Shown: positions 20,363 through 29,396, counted from the first letter of the stretch. The stretch is DNA of 64,000 nucleotides from Chitinophagaceae bacterium (GCA_016720775.1 JADKJX010000011.1:8896-72895), one strand, 5' to 3'. Notes: generated from the sequence alone by a model not told the origin. A program made the numbers and translations.

Positions 20363-20364
20363 AA

Positions 20365-20400
20365 TAATGGATAATTTAATAGTGGATAATGGATAATTTA
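20365..20400. repeat. 7-nt micro-array (taatgga units), left arm of the four-helix-bundle cassette
   Basis: taatgga taattta a tagtgga taatgga taattta; overlaps the stop of the four-helix gene and abuts the etfA ATG. Confidence 0.75.
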
Positions 20401-20754
20401 TTTAATACGTTGTTTACTTGTTTTTACGCTGGCTGTAAGAAGCTTTAATAGTTCTTCATAGTCCCTATTCAAAGAATCAAACATCTTTTTTGTAATAAGA
20501 CCGGTTGCGGAAAGCAGATCAAGCCAGTACTTTGATTCATTTGCTTCTTTTAGCCCAATGCTTAGTTTATGAATAAAATCTTTAAGACTTTCTGCATGTT
20601 CTGCCTCCCGGATGATTGCGCCTATTGCCATTCCGCTTCTTATTAACTGCTGCGATAAAATGTATTCGCCATGCTGTTTCTTCAGATATTTATACAGGTT
20701 TACCATCCTCACAGCAAAATTGAAGCTTTTATCTTTTAAAATGTTTTCTTTCAT
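20398..20754 (-). CDS. Four helix bundle protein (23S rRNA IVP / Avd-like family)
   Basis: KSF.FAVR...LY..L.....LS.QL.RSG..IGA...EA...ES.KDFIHKL.I..KEA.E..YWL.LL. Confidence 0.9.
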   Translation of the reverse strand: MKENILKDKSFNFAVRMVNLYKYLKKQHGEYILSQQLIRSGMAIGAIIREAEHAESLKDFIHKLSIGLKEANESKYWLDLLSATGLITKKMFDSLNRDYEELLKLLTASVKTSKQRIK

Positions 20755-20798
20755 GATTAATAGTTTTTGATTAAGGAAGATGGTTTTAAGATTAAAAC

Positions 20799-20830
20799 AT
20801 TATCCATTAACCAATTATCAACTATCAATT
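20799..20830. repeat. 7-nt micro-array (attatcc units), right arm, inverted relative to 20365-20400
   Basis: attatcc attaacc aattatc aactatc aatt; its reverse complement contains taatggataat. Abuts the etfB stop. Confidence 0.75.
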
Positions 20831-21572
20831 AAATTGCCTTCGCTTCTTCGTGTAACAGCCTTACCAGTTCTTCCGGGGTATCAGGCGAAACCAGTTTTAC
20901 ACTTGCTTTGGCAGGTGGCAGGTCAAAGGATGCAACAGAAGTAAGCGAATCAACGGCAACCGGCTCTACTGCTTTCAATGGTTTGCTTCTTGCTCCCATG
21001 ATTCCTTTCATATTTGGAATGCGTTGCTCTGCCATTCCTTTCTGGCAACTTACCACCAATGGCAGCGCCACTTTATCCGTTTCTTCTCCGCCTTCAATTT
21101 CACGAATGATGATCGCATTGCTTCCTTCCAGGTCGAATTTTGTAGCGAGTGAAACATAAGGCAGATCAAGTAATTCGGCCACCATGCCGCCAATGGAAGA
21201 ACCATTGTAGTCGATGGTTTCCTTACCGGTAAAAACAAGATCATAGCTGCCTTGTTTGGCAACTTCTGCTATTTGAGAAGCAATGTAATAGCTATCATGA
21301 CTGTCGGCATTTACCCGGATGGCTTCGTCACCACCCAATGCCAGTGCTTTGCGGATCACCGGGTCGCAATCGGCAGCACCTACGGTTACCAGGTGAATTA
21401 CCGTGGCCGGGTCGGCTTCTTTCAATTCGATGGCCCTGACTAAAGCATACCATTCGTCGTAGGGATTGATGATCCACTGAACGCCGTCGGCAGCGAATTT
21501 CGTATTGTTATCGGCGAAAGCTATTTTTGCCGTGGTATCGGGTGTTTTACTGATACAAACTAAGATCTTCAT
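20829..21572 (-). CDS. etfB: Electron transfer flavoprotein subunit beta
   Basis: MKILVCIS..PD; NPYDE.A; ALA.G.D; G.E.ID..G..GG..A.LL. Confidence 0.95.
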   Translation of the reverse strand: MKILVCISKTPDTTAKIAFADNNTKFAADGVQWIINPYDEWYALVRAIELKEADPATVIHLVTVGAADCDPVIRKALALGGDEAIRVNADSHDSYYIASQIAEVAKQGSYDLVFTGKETIDYNGSSIGGMVAELLDLPYVSLATKFDLEGSNAIIIREIEGGEETDKVALPLVVSCQKGMAEQRIPNMKGIMGARSKPLKAVEPVAVDSLTSVASFDLPPAKASVKLVSPDTPEELVRLLHEEAKAI

Positions 21573-21676
21573 GCAGTGAATATTTTAAAAATCTTCAAAT
21601 AAGTTGTTTATGCAACTAATGCAAAGATAAGTGTTGCGAAGATAAATTGATTGAAAAACATAAAAAATTATTGGGT

Positions 21677-21986
21677 ATGAGCAGGATAGAAAAATTGCTG
21701 GAATACATGAAGACGTCCGGCAAAGATAGTTTTCTGCAACATGCGCTGGCACTGGAATACATCAAGGTTGGCAAGGATGAGGAAGCCCGGGAATTATTTA
21801 ATGAAATATTATTGCGGGAGCCCACTTATATCGGGTCCTATTATCATTTGGCCAAATTATTAGAACGGGCCGGTGATTTTGACCGTGCCATCCGGGTGTA
21901 CAAAAGGGGGATGGAAGAGGCAAAAGGCTGCGGATAATCATACATACAGTGAATTGCAGGCGGCCCTGGAGGATATAGAAGAATAA
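21677..21986 (+). CDS. Small TPR protein, apparently frameshifted near 21925
   Basis: D.FL..ALALEY......EA...F..IL...P.Y.GSYYHLAKL.E. The expected tail DNHTYSELQAALEDIEE* lies in another frame ending at 21986. Confidence 0.75.
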
Positions 21987-22014
21987 TTTTGAGTTTGCGG
22001 TTTGTAGTTTGGGG
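21987..22014. repeat. 7-nt micro-array (tttgNNg), reverse complement of the unit embedded in tilS
   Basis: ttttgag tttgcgg tttgtag tttgggg, immediately after the TPR stop. Confidence 0.55.
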
Positions 22015-22164
22015 TTACGGGCATTTGTTTTTCATGTCATCATCGTTGTGTCACTCACTTGTGCTGCAAATCAATATGAAACGAAGCGAAGTGAAGTATG
22101 AATATTTGTTTAAACAGAGAATTGAGTACATTATAAAATAATTTTAAACTAACAAATTAAGTTT

Positions 22165-22185
22165 CCCTTTAGGGGACAGGGGCAT
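22165..22185 (+). repeat. CCCTTTAGGGGAYAGGGGCAT dispersed element, copy 1
   Basis: ccctttaggggacaggggcat; near-identical copy at 41864-41884. Confidence 0.6.
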
Positions 22186-23539
22186 GAGTTTACTTTTAAA
22201 GTTTCAGCACTACATAAAAAAAGAAAATCTTTTTCACCCAAAAGATAAACTGCTGCTGGCGGTAAGTGGCGGCGTTGATTCTGTTGTATTGTGTGAACTG
22301 TGTAAACAGGCCGGATACGATTTTGTGATCGCCCATTGTAATTTTCAGCTAAGGGGAGAGGAGAGTGAACGGGATGAAAAATTTGTAAAGGGATTAGCAA
22401 AAAAATATTCCGCGGAAGTGCTGGTTAAAAAATTTGATACGGAAAAACATGCTGCTGAAAATAAACTGAGCATTCAGGTTGCTGCCCGGGAATTGCGCTA
22501 TAATTGGTTTCATGAACTGATTGAAGCCTCCGTTGCAAAGTATGTGGCAACTGCCCATCATGCAAACGACAACATAGAGACCATGCTGATGAATTTTTTT
22601 AAAGGCACGGGCATCCAAGGGCTGAAAGCCATTTTGCCAAAACAAGGAAATATTGTTCGCCCTCTTTTGTCTGTAAAGAAAGAAGAACTTATTGCTTTTG
22701 CCAGGGAACATGACCTGGAATTTGTGGAGGATTCATCTAACGCTTCTGATAAATACACCCGGAATTATTTCCGTAACCAGCTGTTCCCGGATCTGCAAAA
22801 AGTTTTCCCACAGGTGGAAGAGAACCTGGCTGGTAACCTGCAACGCTTTCGGGAGATAGAAATACTGTACCAGCAATCAATAAGCCAGCATAAAAAGAAG
22901 CTGATGGAGCAAAAGGGAAGTGAGATCCATATTCCTGTCTTGAAACTTCAGAAAACAGAACCACTTCACAGCATTGTTTATGAGATCATCAAAGACTTTG
23001 GTTTTACAGCCCACCAAACGGATGAATGCATTGCCCTGCTGCAAAGCGAGACAGGTAAATATATCCAGTCGCCTACCCACCGCATCATCAGGAACCGCAA
23101 GTGGCTGATCATTTCTCCCAATGAAACAACAGAAGCCGCAACTGTTTTAATTGTGGAAGAAGGGAAGATCATTTTTGTACCGGGTGAACTGGAGATCAAA
23201 AGCCTGCCGCAAACTTCAAACCTCAAACCTCAAACTTCAGACCTCAAACCACAAACTTCAAACAATATCGCCCAGCTTGACGCCGGTGAAATCAAATTCC
23301 CTTTACTGCTCCGCAAATGGAAAACAGGCGATTACTTTTATCCGCTGGGAATGGACAAAAAGAAAAAGATCAGCCGCTTCCTGATCGATCAAAAGCTTTC
23401 CCTGCCGCAAAAAGAAAACGTATGGGTGATCGAAATGAATAAGAAGATCATCTGGGTGATCGGCCTTCGTATTGACAACCGGTTTAAGATCACCGGCAGC
23501 ACTAAAGATATTTTACAGATCAGTTTCCTCCGTAAGTAA
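22184..23539 (+). CDS. tilS: tRNA(Ile)-lysidine synthetase with an in-frame repeat insertion
   Basis: LLAVSGGVDS.VL; AHCNFQLRG.ES; AARELRY; TAHHANDN.ET; VRPLL; D.SN....Y.RN; C-terminal LR.WK.GD.F.P.GM..KK. Confidence 0.95.
   Translation: MSLLLKFQHYIKKENLFHPKDKLLLAVSGGVDSVVLCELCKQAGYDFVIAHCNFQLRGEESERDEKFVKGLAKKYSAEVLVKKFDTEKHAAENKLSIQVAARELRYNWFHELIEASVAKYVATAHHANDNIETMLMNFFKGTGIQGLKAILPKQGNIVRPLLSVKKEELIAFAREHDLEFVEDSSNASDKYTRNYFRNQLFPDLQKVFPQVEENLAGNLQRFREIEILYQQSISQHKKKLMEQKGSEIHIPVLKLQKTEPLHSIVYEIIKDFGFTAHQTDECIALLQSETGKYIQSPTHRIIRNRKWLIISPNETTEAATVLIVEEGKIIFVPGELEIKSLPQTSNLKPQTSDLKPQTSNNIAQLDAGEIKFPLLLRKWKTGDYFYPLGMDKKKKISRFLIDQKLSLPQKENVWVIEMNKKIIWVIGLRIDNRFKITGSTKDILQISFLRK
23210..23265 (+). 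repeat. Eight 7-nt units (caaacYt) inside the tilS coding sequence
   Basis: caaactt caaacct caaacct caaactt cagacct caaacca caaactt caaacaa, encoding QTSNLKPQTSDLKPQTSN. Confidence 0.85.
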
Positions 23540-24230
23540 TTATCTGGTTTAACCGCATGTTTCTGATCTGGTCAATAAACTGGGCAAGTAACGGATACTT
23601 GCCGGTAGCCTGGCATATAACAATTATAAATACGGCGCCAAATATTGAACCCCAGATATGTGCTGAGTGATTAACGGTTCCAGCCTGCCTCTTCTCTAAC
23701 TCGTATGAGACAAAAAGAAATAACAGGCCAAACAAAAAGCCGGCAATGAACAACGGGATGAATATGAGCCCGATACCATTTATGGGATCAAGAACAATTT
23801 TTGCAAATACCACGGCTGAAACACCGCCGGATGCGCCAAGACTACGGTAATAATAATTATCCTTGTTTTTACGGTAGGTGGGCAGCAGGCAAATGCCGAC
23901 AGCGCCTGCATACATAATGAAATAAATAAAATACCCCGTTGTTCCAAATACATTCACAAAAAAGAATTCTACCCCGGTACTCTGTTTTAGCCCGTTTATA
24001 TCAGTATAGGTTTGCCCGTTTCCAAAAATGTATAACGCATACATGTTAAAGATCAGGTGAGGGATGTCTTTATGGATCAGCCCACAACTGAAGAACCGGT
24101 ACCATTCATTTCTCCGGCTTACGGCAGGAGGATAGAAAATTAATTTATCCATCACTGCCTGGTTGTTGAAAGCCATAAAGGATGTTATTGCAGTAATAAT
24201 GATCAGTAACAGGGTAATGCTTAAATTCAT
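23520..24230 (-). CDS. Rhomboid family intramembrane serine protease
   Basis: YRFFS.G.IH....HL.FNM; LGASG; NHSAHIWG. Confidence 0.9.
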   Translation of the reverse strand: MNLSITLLLIIITAITSFMAFNNQAVMDKLIFYPPAVSRRNEWYRFFSCGLIHKDIPHLIFNMYALYIFGNGQTYTDINGLKQSTGVEFFFVNVFGTTGYFIYFIMYAGAVGICLLPTYRKNKDNYYYRSLGASGGVSAVVFAKIVLDPINGIGLIFIPLFIAGFLFGLLFLFVSYELEKRQAGTVNHSAHIWGSIFGAVFIIVICQATGKYPLLAQFIDQIRNMRLNQIITYGGN

Positions 24231-24238
24231 GCTGTGGT

Positions 24239-24712
24239 TTATTGGTGATGATACTTTTCATTCCGGTTAATGGAACAGGCCCGGTAGACCTGTTCGGCTA
24301 AAATAAGGCGGACAAGCTGGTGGGGGAAAACAAGCTTCGACAAACACCAGGTATGGTTAGCTCTTTTCTTTACGGGTTCACTTACGCCGTATGCCCCGCC
24401 GATAAGGAAAACAATATTTTTAATACTTTTATTGGCCCGTTGCTGTATGAATGCTGCCAGTTCCTCACTGCTGAACTGTTTGCCCCGTTCATCCAGTAAA
24501 ACAAGGTGATCATCTTTTTGTAAAAAGCCGCAGATCGTTTCCCCTTCTTTTTTCTTCAGGTCCATTTCGCTCAGCATGGCTGCATTTTTTGGAGAAGGGA
24601 TGATGTTCCATTCCACCGGGTAGTAATTGGCAATGCGTTTGGTGAATTGTTCAATTCCTTCCTTTACATAAGGCTCGTGATTTTTTCCAACGGTCCAGAA
24701 CTGAAATTTCAT
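24239..24712 (-). CDS. rlmH: 23S rRNA (pseudouridine1915-N3)-methyltransferase
   Basis: LDERGKQFSSE; F.IGGAYG; LS.L.FPHQLVR..L.EQ.YRA..I....YH. Confidence 0.95.
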   Translation of the reverse strand: MKFQFWTVGKNHEPYVKEGIEQFTKRIANYYPVEWNIIPSPKNAAMLSEMDLKKKEGETICGFLQKDDHLVLLDERGKQFSSEELAAFIQQRANKSIKNIVFLIGGAYGVSEPVKKRANHTWCLSKLVFPHQLVRLILAEQVYRACSINRNEKYHHQ

Positions 24713-24809
24713 GGACTAAAAATAAGAAAGCTTCTTCATTTGCAGGGAATGAAAATACCCTGAATAGAATTATCTTAGCCGGGAAAGAAGTCAATCTTAA
24801 AAATACGTC

Positions 24810-25286
24810 ATGACATCGGCCCGGCGTTTTTTCTCAAAGAATAAATCAATTATTGCTTACAGCATCAGCCTGGCTTTGCTGATGTTCCTGCTTAAGTGGC
24901 TTGAGCTGCGTTTTGTGATATTCGATCATGCGCTGGAAGTATATATCGGCGCCATTGCTGTCATTTTTACGGTGCTGGGTATCTGGCTTGCCCTCAAGCT
25001 TACCAGGCCAAAAGTTACAACCATCGTGGTAGAAAAGCAGGTATATATTAACCCGGGTGAATTTGTGCTCAATGAAACAGCTGTTAATGAACTGGGCTTG
25101 AGTAAACGGGAACTGGAAGTACTGAACCTGATGGCCGAAGGTTGCAGTAACCAGGAAATTGCCTCCCGGCTGTTTGTTTCACTTAGCACGGTAAAGACAC
25201 ATAGTTCCAATCTTTTTTTTAAACTGGATGTAAAAAGAAGGACCCAGGCTATTGAAAAGGCAAAAAAAATATGCCTGATACCCTGA
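24810..25286 (+). CDS. Membrane-anchored LuxR-type HTH regulator
   Basis: Two N-terminal TM helices; LSKRE.EVL.L.A.G.SNQEIA..LFVS..TVKTH..N...KL.V..R. Confidence 0.88.
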   Translation: MTSARRFFSKNKSIIAYSISLALLMFLLKWLELRFVIFDHALEVYIGAIAVIFTVLGIWLALKLTRPKVTTIVVEKQVYINPGEFVLNETAVNELGLSKRELEVLNLMAEGCSNQEIASRLFVSLSTVKTHSSNLFFKLDVKRRTQAIEKAKKICLIP

Positions 25287-25292
25287 GTGGCT

Positions 25293-25345
25293 CCTGCTTT
25301 AGTATGAAATAATGTGCTGATAATAAAAATCATCCTAAAGTATGA
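25293..25345 (+). promoter_or_regulatory. Putative regulator-binding repeats upstream of the DUF4199 gene
   Basis: cctgctttagtatga (25293-25307) and atcatcctaaagtatga (25329-25345, quasi-palindromic). Confidence 0.35.
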
Positions 25346-25399
25346 GCAAAAATTTATTCCAAAATTTCAATTTGCACATCTAAACCAAATCAAACCAAG

Positions 25400-25927
25400 A
25401 TGAAAAAAATTGTAATTGTATGCGGGCTGATAGGGGGACTTATCGTTACCGCTCCCATGATGTTATTCACCGACGCATGCTATACAAGTGGAAACTATGA
25501 GGGCAGCATGCTGGTGGGTTATGCCTCCATGATCCTTGCCTTTTCACTTGTCTTTGTCGGCATCCGGAATTACCGGAACAAGTACAATAACGGGGTGATC
25601 AGTTTTGGCAAGGCATTCAAGACCGGGATCTTTATCGTTTTGATCGCTTCAACCATATACGTGATCGTATGGCTGATCGATTACTATTTATTTATGCCCG
25701 ATTTTGCTGAAAAATACGGTGCTCATATAATTAATAAGCTGAAAACCAGCGGAGCAAGCCAGTTGGAGATTGATAAGCAGACAAAAGAAATGGCAGGTTT
25801 TGCAAAAATGTATAAGAATCCTTTGATCGTGATCCTGTTCACTTATGTGGAGATATTACCGGTAGGACTGGTTGTAACACTTATCAGTTCCTTCATTCTG
25901 AAAAGAAAAGAAAAGGCTGTAGCCTGA
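25400..25927 (+). CDS. DUF4199 domain membrane protein
   Basis: Multi-TM; G...YR....NG.ISFGKAFK.G pattern typical of DUF4199. Confidence 0.8.
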   Translation: MKKIVIVCGLIGGLIVTAPMMLFTDACYTSGNYEGSMLVGYASMILAFSLVFVGIRNYRNKYNNGVISFGKAFKTGIFIVLIASTIYVIVWLIDYYLFMPDFAEKYGAHIINKLKTSGASQLEIDKQTKEMAGFAKMYKNPLIVILFTYVEILPVGLVVTLISSFILKRKEKAVA

Positions 25928-25950
25928 CGGGTACGGGAAGTAGAAATTAT

Positions 25951-25980
25951 ACAAAGCCTCTCCATTTGGAGAGGCTTTGT
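25951..25980. terminator. Bidirectional terminator between convergent genes
   Basis: acaaagcctctcc-attt-ggagaggctttgt, a perfect 13-bp stem. Confidence 0.8.
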
Positions 25981-26031
25981 GACTAACAGCGGTTCATTAC
26001 CGAGGTCAGGATAGCGTATTTTAATGAACCC

Positions 26032-27882
26032 TTATTCCTTTATTACTGGCAACTCAATGTATGTTGCATATTGTTGATTACAATAAATTGTCTGTGTTGC
26101 TTTAATGAAATCAGATTCCTTTGCTTCAAAAATATTTGGTACATATTTCTGCGGGTTGCGGTCAATGACCGGGAACCAGGTGCTTTGTACCTGTATCATG
26201 ATACGATGCCCTTTTTTAAACGTATGGTTGATGTCGTGCAGGTCGATCACAAATTCTTCGGGCTTACCAGGTGTTAAGGGAGTTGGGTTTGAGAAACTTT
26301 TCCGGAAACGCCCCCTGAATACCTCCATTGCAACCGGCAATTGGTAGCCACTCATGGTTATACTTGTTGAATCAAAATCAGGATACACATCTATGAGCTT
26401 TACGATCCAGTCGGCATCGCTGCCGGTTGTACTTGCAAAAAGATGCGCTTTTATCTTTCCGGTTACGGTGATGTTGTCGGTTAATTTATCCATGGTAAAA
26501 CTGATCACATCTGGCCTTGAATAAACAAAACGCTGGTCTTCTACCTGCCATGGCCGCCACCGGCTGGCAGGGCCATACGTAGCTTCAATGGGTTGTGTAC
26601 GGTAGGGGACTGGTTTTGCAGGATCGCTGATGTATGATACAGAACCTGTTGCTGTTGCTGGTTTGGTAAAGGACGCTGTATTGTTGGTAGCGGTATATAA
26701 TTTTTGTATCAATGCCTGCTTTGGCGGCCAGGCATCATAGGTTTTCCATTGATTGGTACCTGTTTGAAAACAATAGGCTTCTTCAAACTTACCATCGCCA
26801 ATGCCTTTCAGCCAATAGTCGAACCATTTTTTTTGCAATGATTGAAACCAGTAAGCGGTGTTGCTGCCAAAGCTTATTTTTCCCAAGCTATCTGCTTTGC
26901 CTCTTGCCCACTGTCCGTGGTTCCATGGCCCAAGCACAATATGGTTATAATTGTCCTTATCATTTTTCTCCATGTGCCCATACATCAGTTGCGGACCGTT
27001 AATATCTTCCTGGTCGTAATAACCACCCACATGCAGTTGAGGAATTTGTGCAGATGATACATAATTCAACGGAGAATTCTTTTGCCAGAAATCGTCGTAA
27101 TTGGGATGCTGTACAAAATTGTTCCAGGTAGGAATTTTATTGTGAAAATATTTCTCATTTACATTCTTCAACGAGCCCAGGTTCAGGTACCAATCGTAGA
27201 GATCAAATTGCGGGAAAGGAAAATCGCTGTCGGTGGTTTTATCAAATTCCACTTCGTAGGTATATTCCATCCCATAACTTAAACGGAAAGCACCGTTGTG
27301 GTGAAAATCATCGCCTAAAAAAAGATCGCTCATACATGCCTGTTCCGATGATGCTTTTAATGCAGGGTGCGGATCAACTGCACCCACCAACGCCAGCCAG
27401 CCGGGGTACGAAACCCCCAAAATACCTGCTTTGCCATTATTGCCTTTCAGGTTTTTCATCAGCCAATCCACAGTATCCCAGGTATCGGTGCTTTCATCAA
27501 TGGCGCCTTTTTGCGTAGCATGTATCAATGGCTGATGAATTTCCATCTTACCTTCACTTTTATATTTGCCACGAATATCCTGGAACACTAAAAAATAACC
27601 TTCCTTCAGCATGCTGCCATAATAGGCGCCCAACGCATTCATACTAACCGCACTGTCATCGTGGGTATCACTGCCACTGGCACCATAGGGCGTGCGCTGC
27701 AACAGCACGGGTACAGGTTTGGTAGCACCAACCGGGCTTAGTATTACCGTATGCAGTTTAATGCCATCCCTCATCGGTATCATGGCAGATGTTTTTATGT
27801 AATAAGCAATACTGTCTGTTTGCGCAAAACAAACATTCAGTAATAAGCAGGTAAAAAACAGGCTGGTGAAAATCTTTTTCAT
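26032..27882 (-). CDS. CocE/NonD family hydrolase (glutaryl-7-ACA acylase-like)
   Basis: Signal peptide MKKIF (start 27882); IPMRDG.KL; RTPY; QD.RG.Y.SEG; G.SY.G nucleophile elbow; GPWNHG.W. Confidence 0.9.
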   Translation of the reverse strand: MKKIFTSLFFTCLLLNVCFAQTDSIAYYIKTSAMIPMRDGIKLHTVILSPVGATKPVPVLLQRTPYGASGSDTHDDSAVSMNALGAYYGSMLKEGYFLVFQDIRGKYKSEGKMEIHQPLIHATQKGAIDESTDTWDTVDWLMKNLKGNNGKAGILGVSYPGWLALVGAVDPHPALKASSEQACMSDLFLGDDFHHNGAFRLSYGMEYTYEVEFDKTTDSDFPFPQFDLYDWYLNLGSLKNVNEKYFHNKIPTWNNFVQHPNYDDFWQKNSPLNYVSSAQIPQLHVGGYYDQEDINGPQLMYGHMEKNDKDNYNHIVLGPWNHGQWARGKADSLGKISFGSNTAYWFQSLQKKWFDYWLKGIGDGKFEEAYCFQTGTNQWKTYDAWPPKQALIQKLYTATNNTASFTKPATATGSVSYISDPAKPVPYRTQPIEATYGPASRWRPWQVEDQRFVYSRPDVISFTMDKLTDNITVTGKIKAHLFASTTGSDADWIVKLIDVYPDFDSTSITMSGYQLPVAMEVFRGRFRKSFSNPTPLTPGKPEEFVIDLHDINHTFKKGHRIMIQVQSTWFPVIDRNPQKYVPNIFEAKESDFIKATQTIYCNQQYATYIELPVIKE

Positions 27883-27978
27883 GATCGTGGGATGGTTGAA
27901 TTTTAAAGGTAATAAGTCTTGGGATGACATCATTTTTTTTATTCGCTCCCCGTGAATCTTTTTTCACGTGGCGAATAA

Positions 27979-28011
27979 AAAACCCTGTAAATATTCAAAT
28001 TACAGGGTTTT
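27979..28011 (-). terminator. Terminator downstream of tRNA-Arg
   Basis: aaaaccctgtaa-N9-ttacagggtttt; a second hairpin lies at about 27935-27982. Confidence 0.7.
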
Positions 28012-28031
28012 AAAATCAAGTGAAACTTGTC

Positions 28032-28108
28032 TGGTGACCGCGTCAGGATTCAAACCTGAAACCTTCTGATCCGTAGTCAGATGCTCTATTCAGTTAAGCT
28101 ACGCAGCC
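28032..28108 (-). tRNA. tRNA-Arg (ACG), CCA encoded
   Basis: Minus strand GGCTGCGTAGCTTAACTGAATAGAGCATCTGACTACGGATCAGAAGGTTTCAGGTTTGAATCCTGACGCGGTCACCA; anticodon arm TCTGA-CTACGGA-TCAGA. Confidence 0.95.
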
Positions 28109-28153
28109 ATTTTTTTGGACGGCAAAGATAGGGATTTAAACCGTTTCTTCAAA

Positions 28154-29266
28154 CTACAATCCACTTAAAAATTCAGTATGAATGAGGTCAACTACATCGA
28201 CCAGGCTTTTTGTTTCTTCAAATACTTTCAGCTGCCGGTCGGCACCAGTGCCCTGTTCCAGCATTTTGTGCACATAGCCGATGGCATGGCGGCTGCCAAG
28301 GTCGTTTAAAACATCGTCCACAAAATCCAGCAGCTCGTAAATAAGTACCCGGGTGTTTACTTCCATTTCCTTTCCAAAATCGATCAGGCTGCCGTCAATT
28401 CCATAACGGCCGGCCCGCCATTTATTTTCATTCAGCAAGGCCCTGGAATACATCATGAAATTCAGGTTCTGGCTCCGCAGTTTGTAAAGCTTGGCACAAA
28501 CTGCCTGGAACAACGCAGCAATGGTTATCGTTTCCTGTACGGTCAACGGCACGTCGCATATCCTGAATTCAACGGTATTGAAAAACGGATGAACACGAAG
28601 ATCCCACCATATTTTCTTGGCGTTATCAATACAGTTTGTTTTCACCAGCAGCTTTACATAATTGTCATATGCTTCTATGCTGTCGAAATAATCCGGAATG
28701 CCGGTGCGGGGAAATTTATCAAAAACCTTTGTACGGAACGATTTGTATCCCGTGGTCCTTCCTTCCCAGAAAGGGGAGTTGGTACTGAGTGCATAAATAT
28801 GCGGTAAAAAATAACGGGCCGAGTTGGCAATGTGTATGGCCATTTCCCGGTTCTCCATGCCTACGTGTACGTGCAGGCCAAAGATGAGGTTACTTCTGGC
28901 GGCTTCCTGTAATTCATTTACGATCTCGTTGTAACGAACATGTTCCGTTATCAACTGGCGTTCCCAATGACTGAAAGGATGGGTGCCGGATGCGCCAACC
29001 CAAAGACCCAGTTCACCGGCAATGCTGCTGATCGTTTTCCGCAACGTACCTACATCCATGAGGGCTTCGTCAATATCCTGGCAGATATCGGTACCTACTT
29101 CCACTACGGCCTGGTGCATTTCTGCCTTTACCTTATCCTTGATCACCTTTTGTCCTTCCTGAACAATTTTCTGCTCATGGCTTTTCAGTTCCCTCGACTC
29201 GGGGTCGATCACCATGTATTCTTCTTCCACGCCAAGCGTAAAGTGTTTGTAAGATAGATTTGACAT
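28154..29266 (-). CDS. Carboxylate-amine ligase (YbdK / glutamate-cysteine ligase-2 family)
   Basis: FTLGVEEEY..ID; E.H...VE..T; SGTHPFS.W; FGLHVHVG; ALS.NSPFW.G..TG..S.R; WWD.R.HP...T.E.RICD. Confidence 0.92.
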   Translation of the reverse strand: MSNLSYKHFTLGVEEEYMVIDPESRELKSHEQKIVQEGQKVIKDKVKAEMHQAVVEVGTDICQDIDEALMDVGTLRKTISSIAGELGLWVGASGTHPFSHWERQLITEHVRYNEIVNELQEAARSNLIFGLHVHVGMENREMAIHIANSARYFLPHIYALSTNSPFWEGRTTGYKSFRTKVFDKFPRTGIPDYFDSIEAYDNYVKLLVKTNCIDNAKKIWWDLRVHPFFNTVEFRICDVPLTVQETITIAALFQAVCAKLYKLRSQNLNFMMYSRALLNENKWRAGRYGIDGSLIDFGKEMEVNTRVLIYELLDFVDDVLNDLGSRHAIGYVHKMLEQGTGADRQLKVFEETKSLVDVVDLIHTEFLSGL

Positions 29267-29272
29267 TCTGAT

Positions 29273-29395
29273 GAATTAAGAATTAAAAATTGATACTAGA
29301 TACTGGATACTGAATGGATTCTGAAAATTTGAAAAGTTTATAAATAATTAAACTGCTTACCAGTATCCAGGATCTAGGTTCAAGTAACCAGTATC
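29273..29395. repeat. Inverted pair of 7-nt micro-arrays (gatactg / cagtatc) around a ~45-nt spacer
   Basis: Left arm gaattaa gaattaa aaattga tactaga tactgga tactgaa; right arm ccagtat ccaggat ctaggtt caagtaa ccagtat. Fills the gap between the ATP-grasp stop and the ligase start. Confidence 0.75.
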
Positions 29396-29396
29396 A

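Noticed and set aside
20398-20754. Diversity-generating retroelement suggested by the Avd-like gene
   Set aside because: No reverse transcriptase and no TR/VR pair differing at adenines in the window.
28032-28108. Genomic island or prophage integrated at tRNA-Arg or tRNA-Lys
   Set aside because: No integrase, no duplicated tRNA 3' end and no phage genes next to either tRNA.
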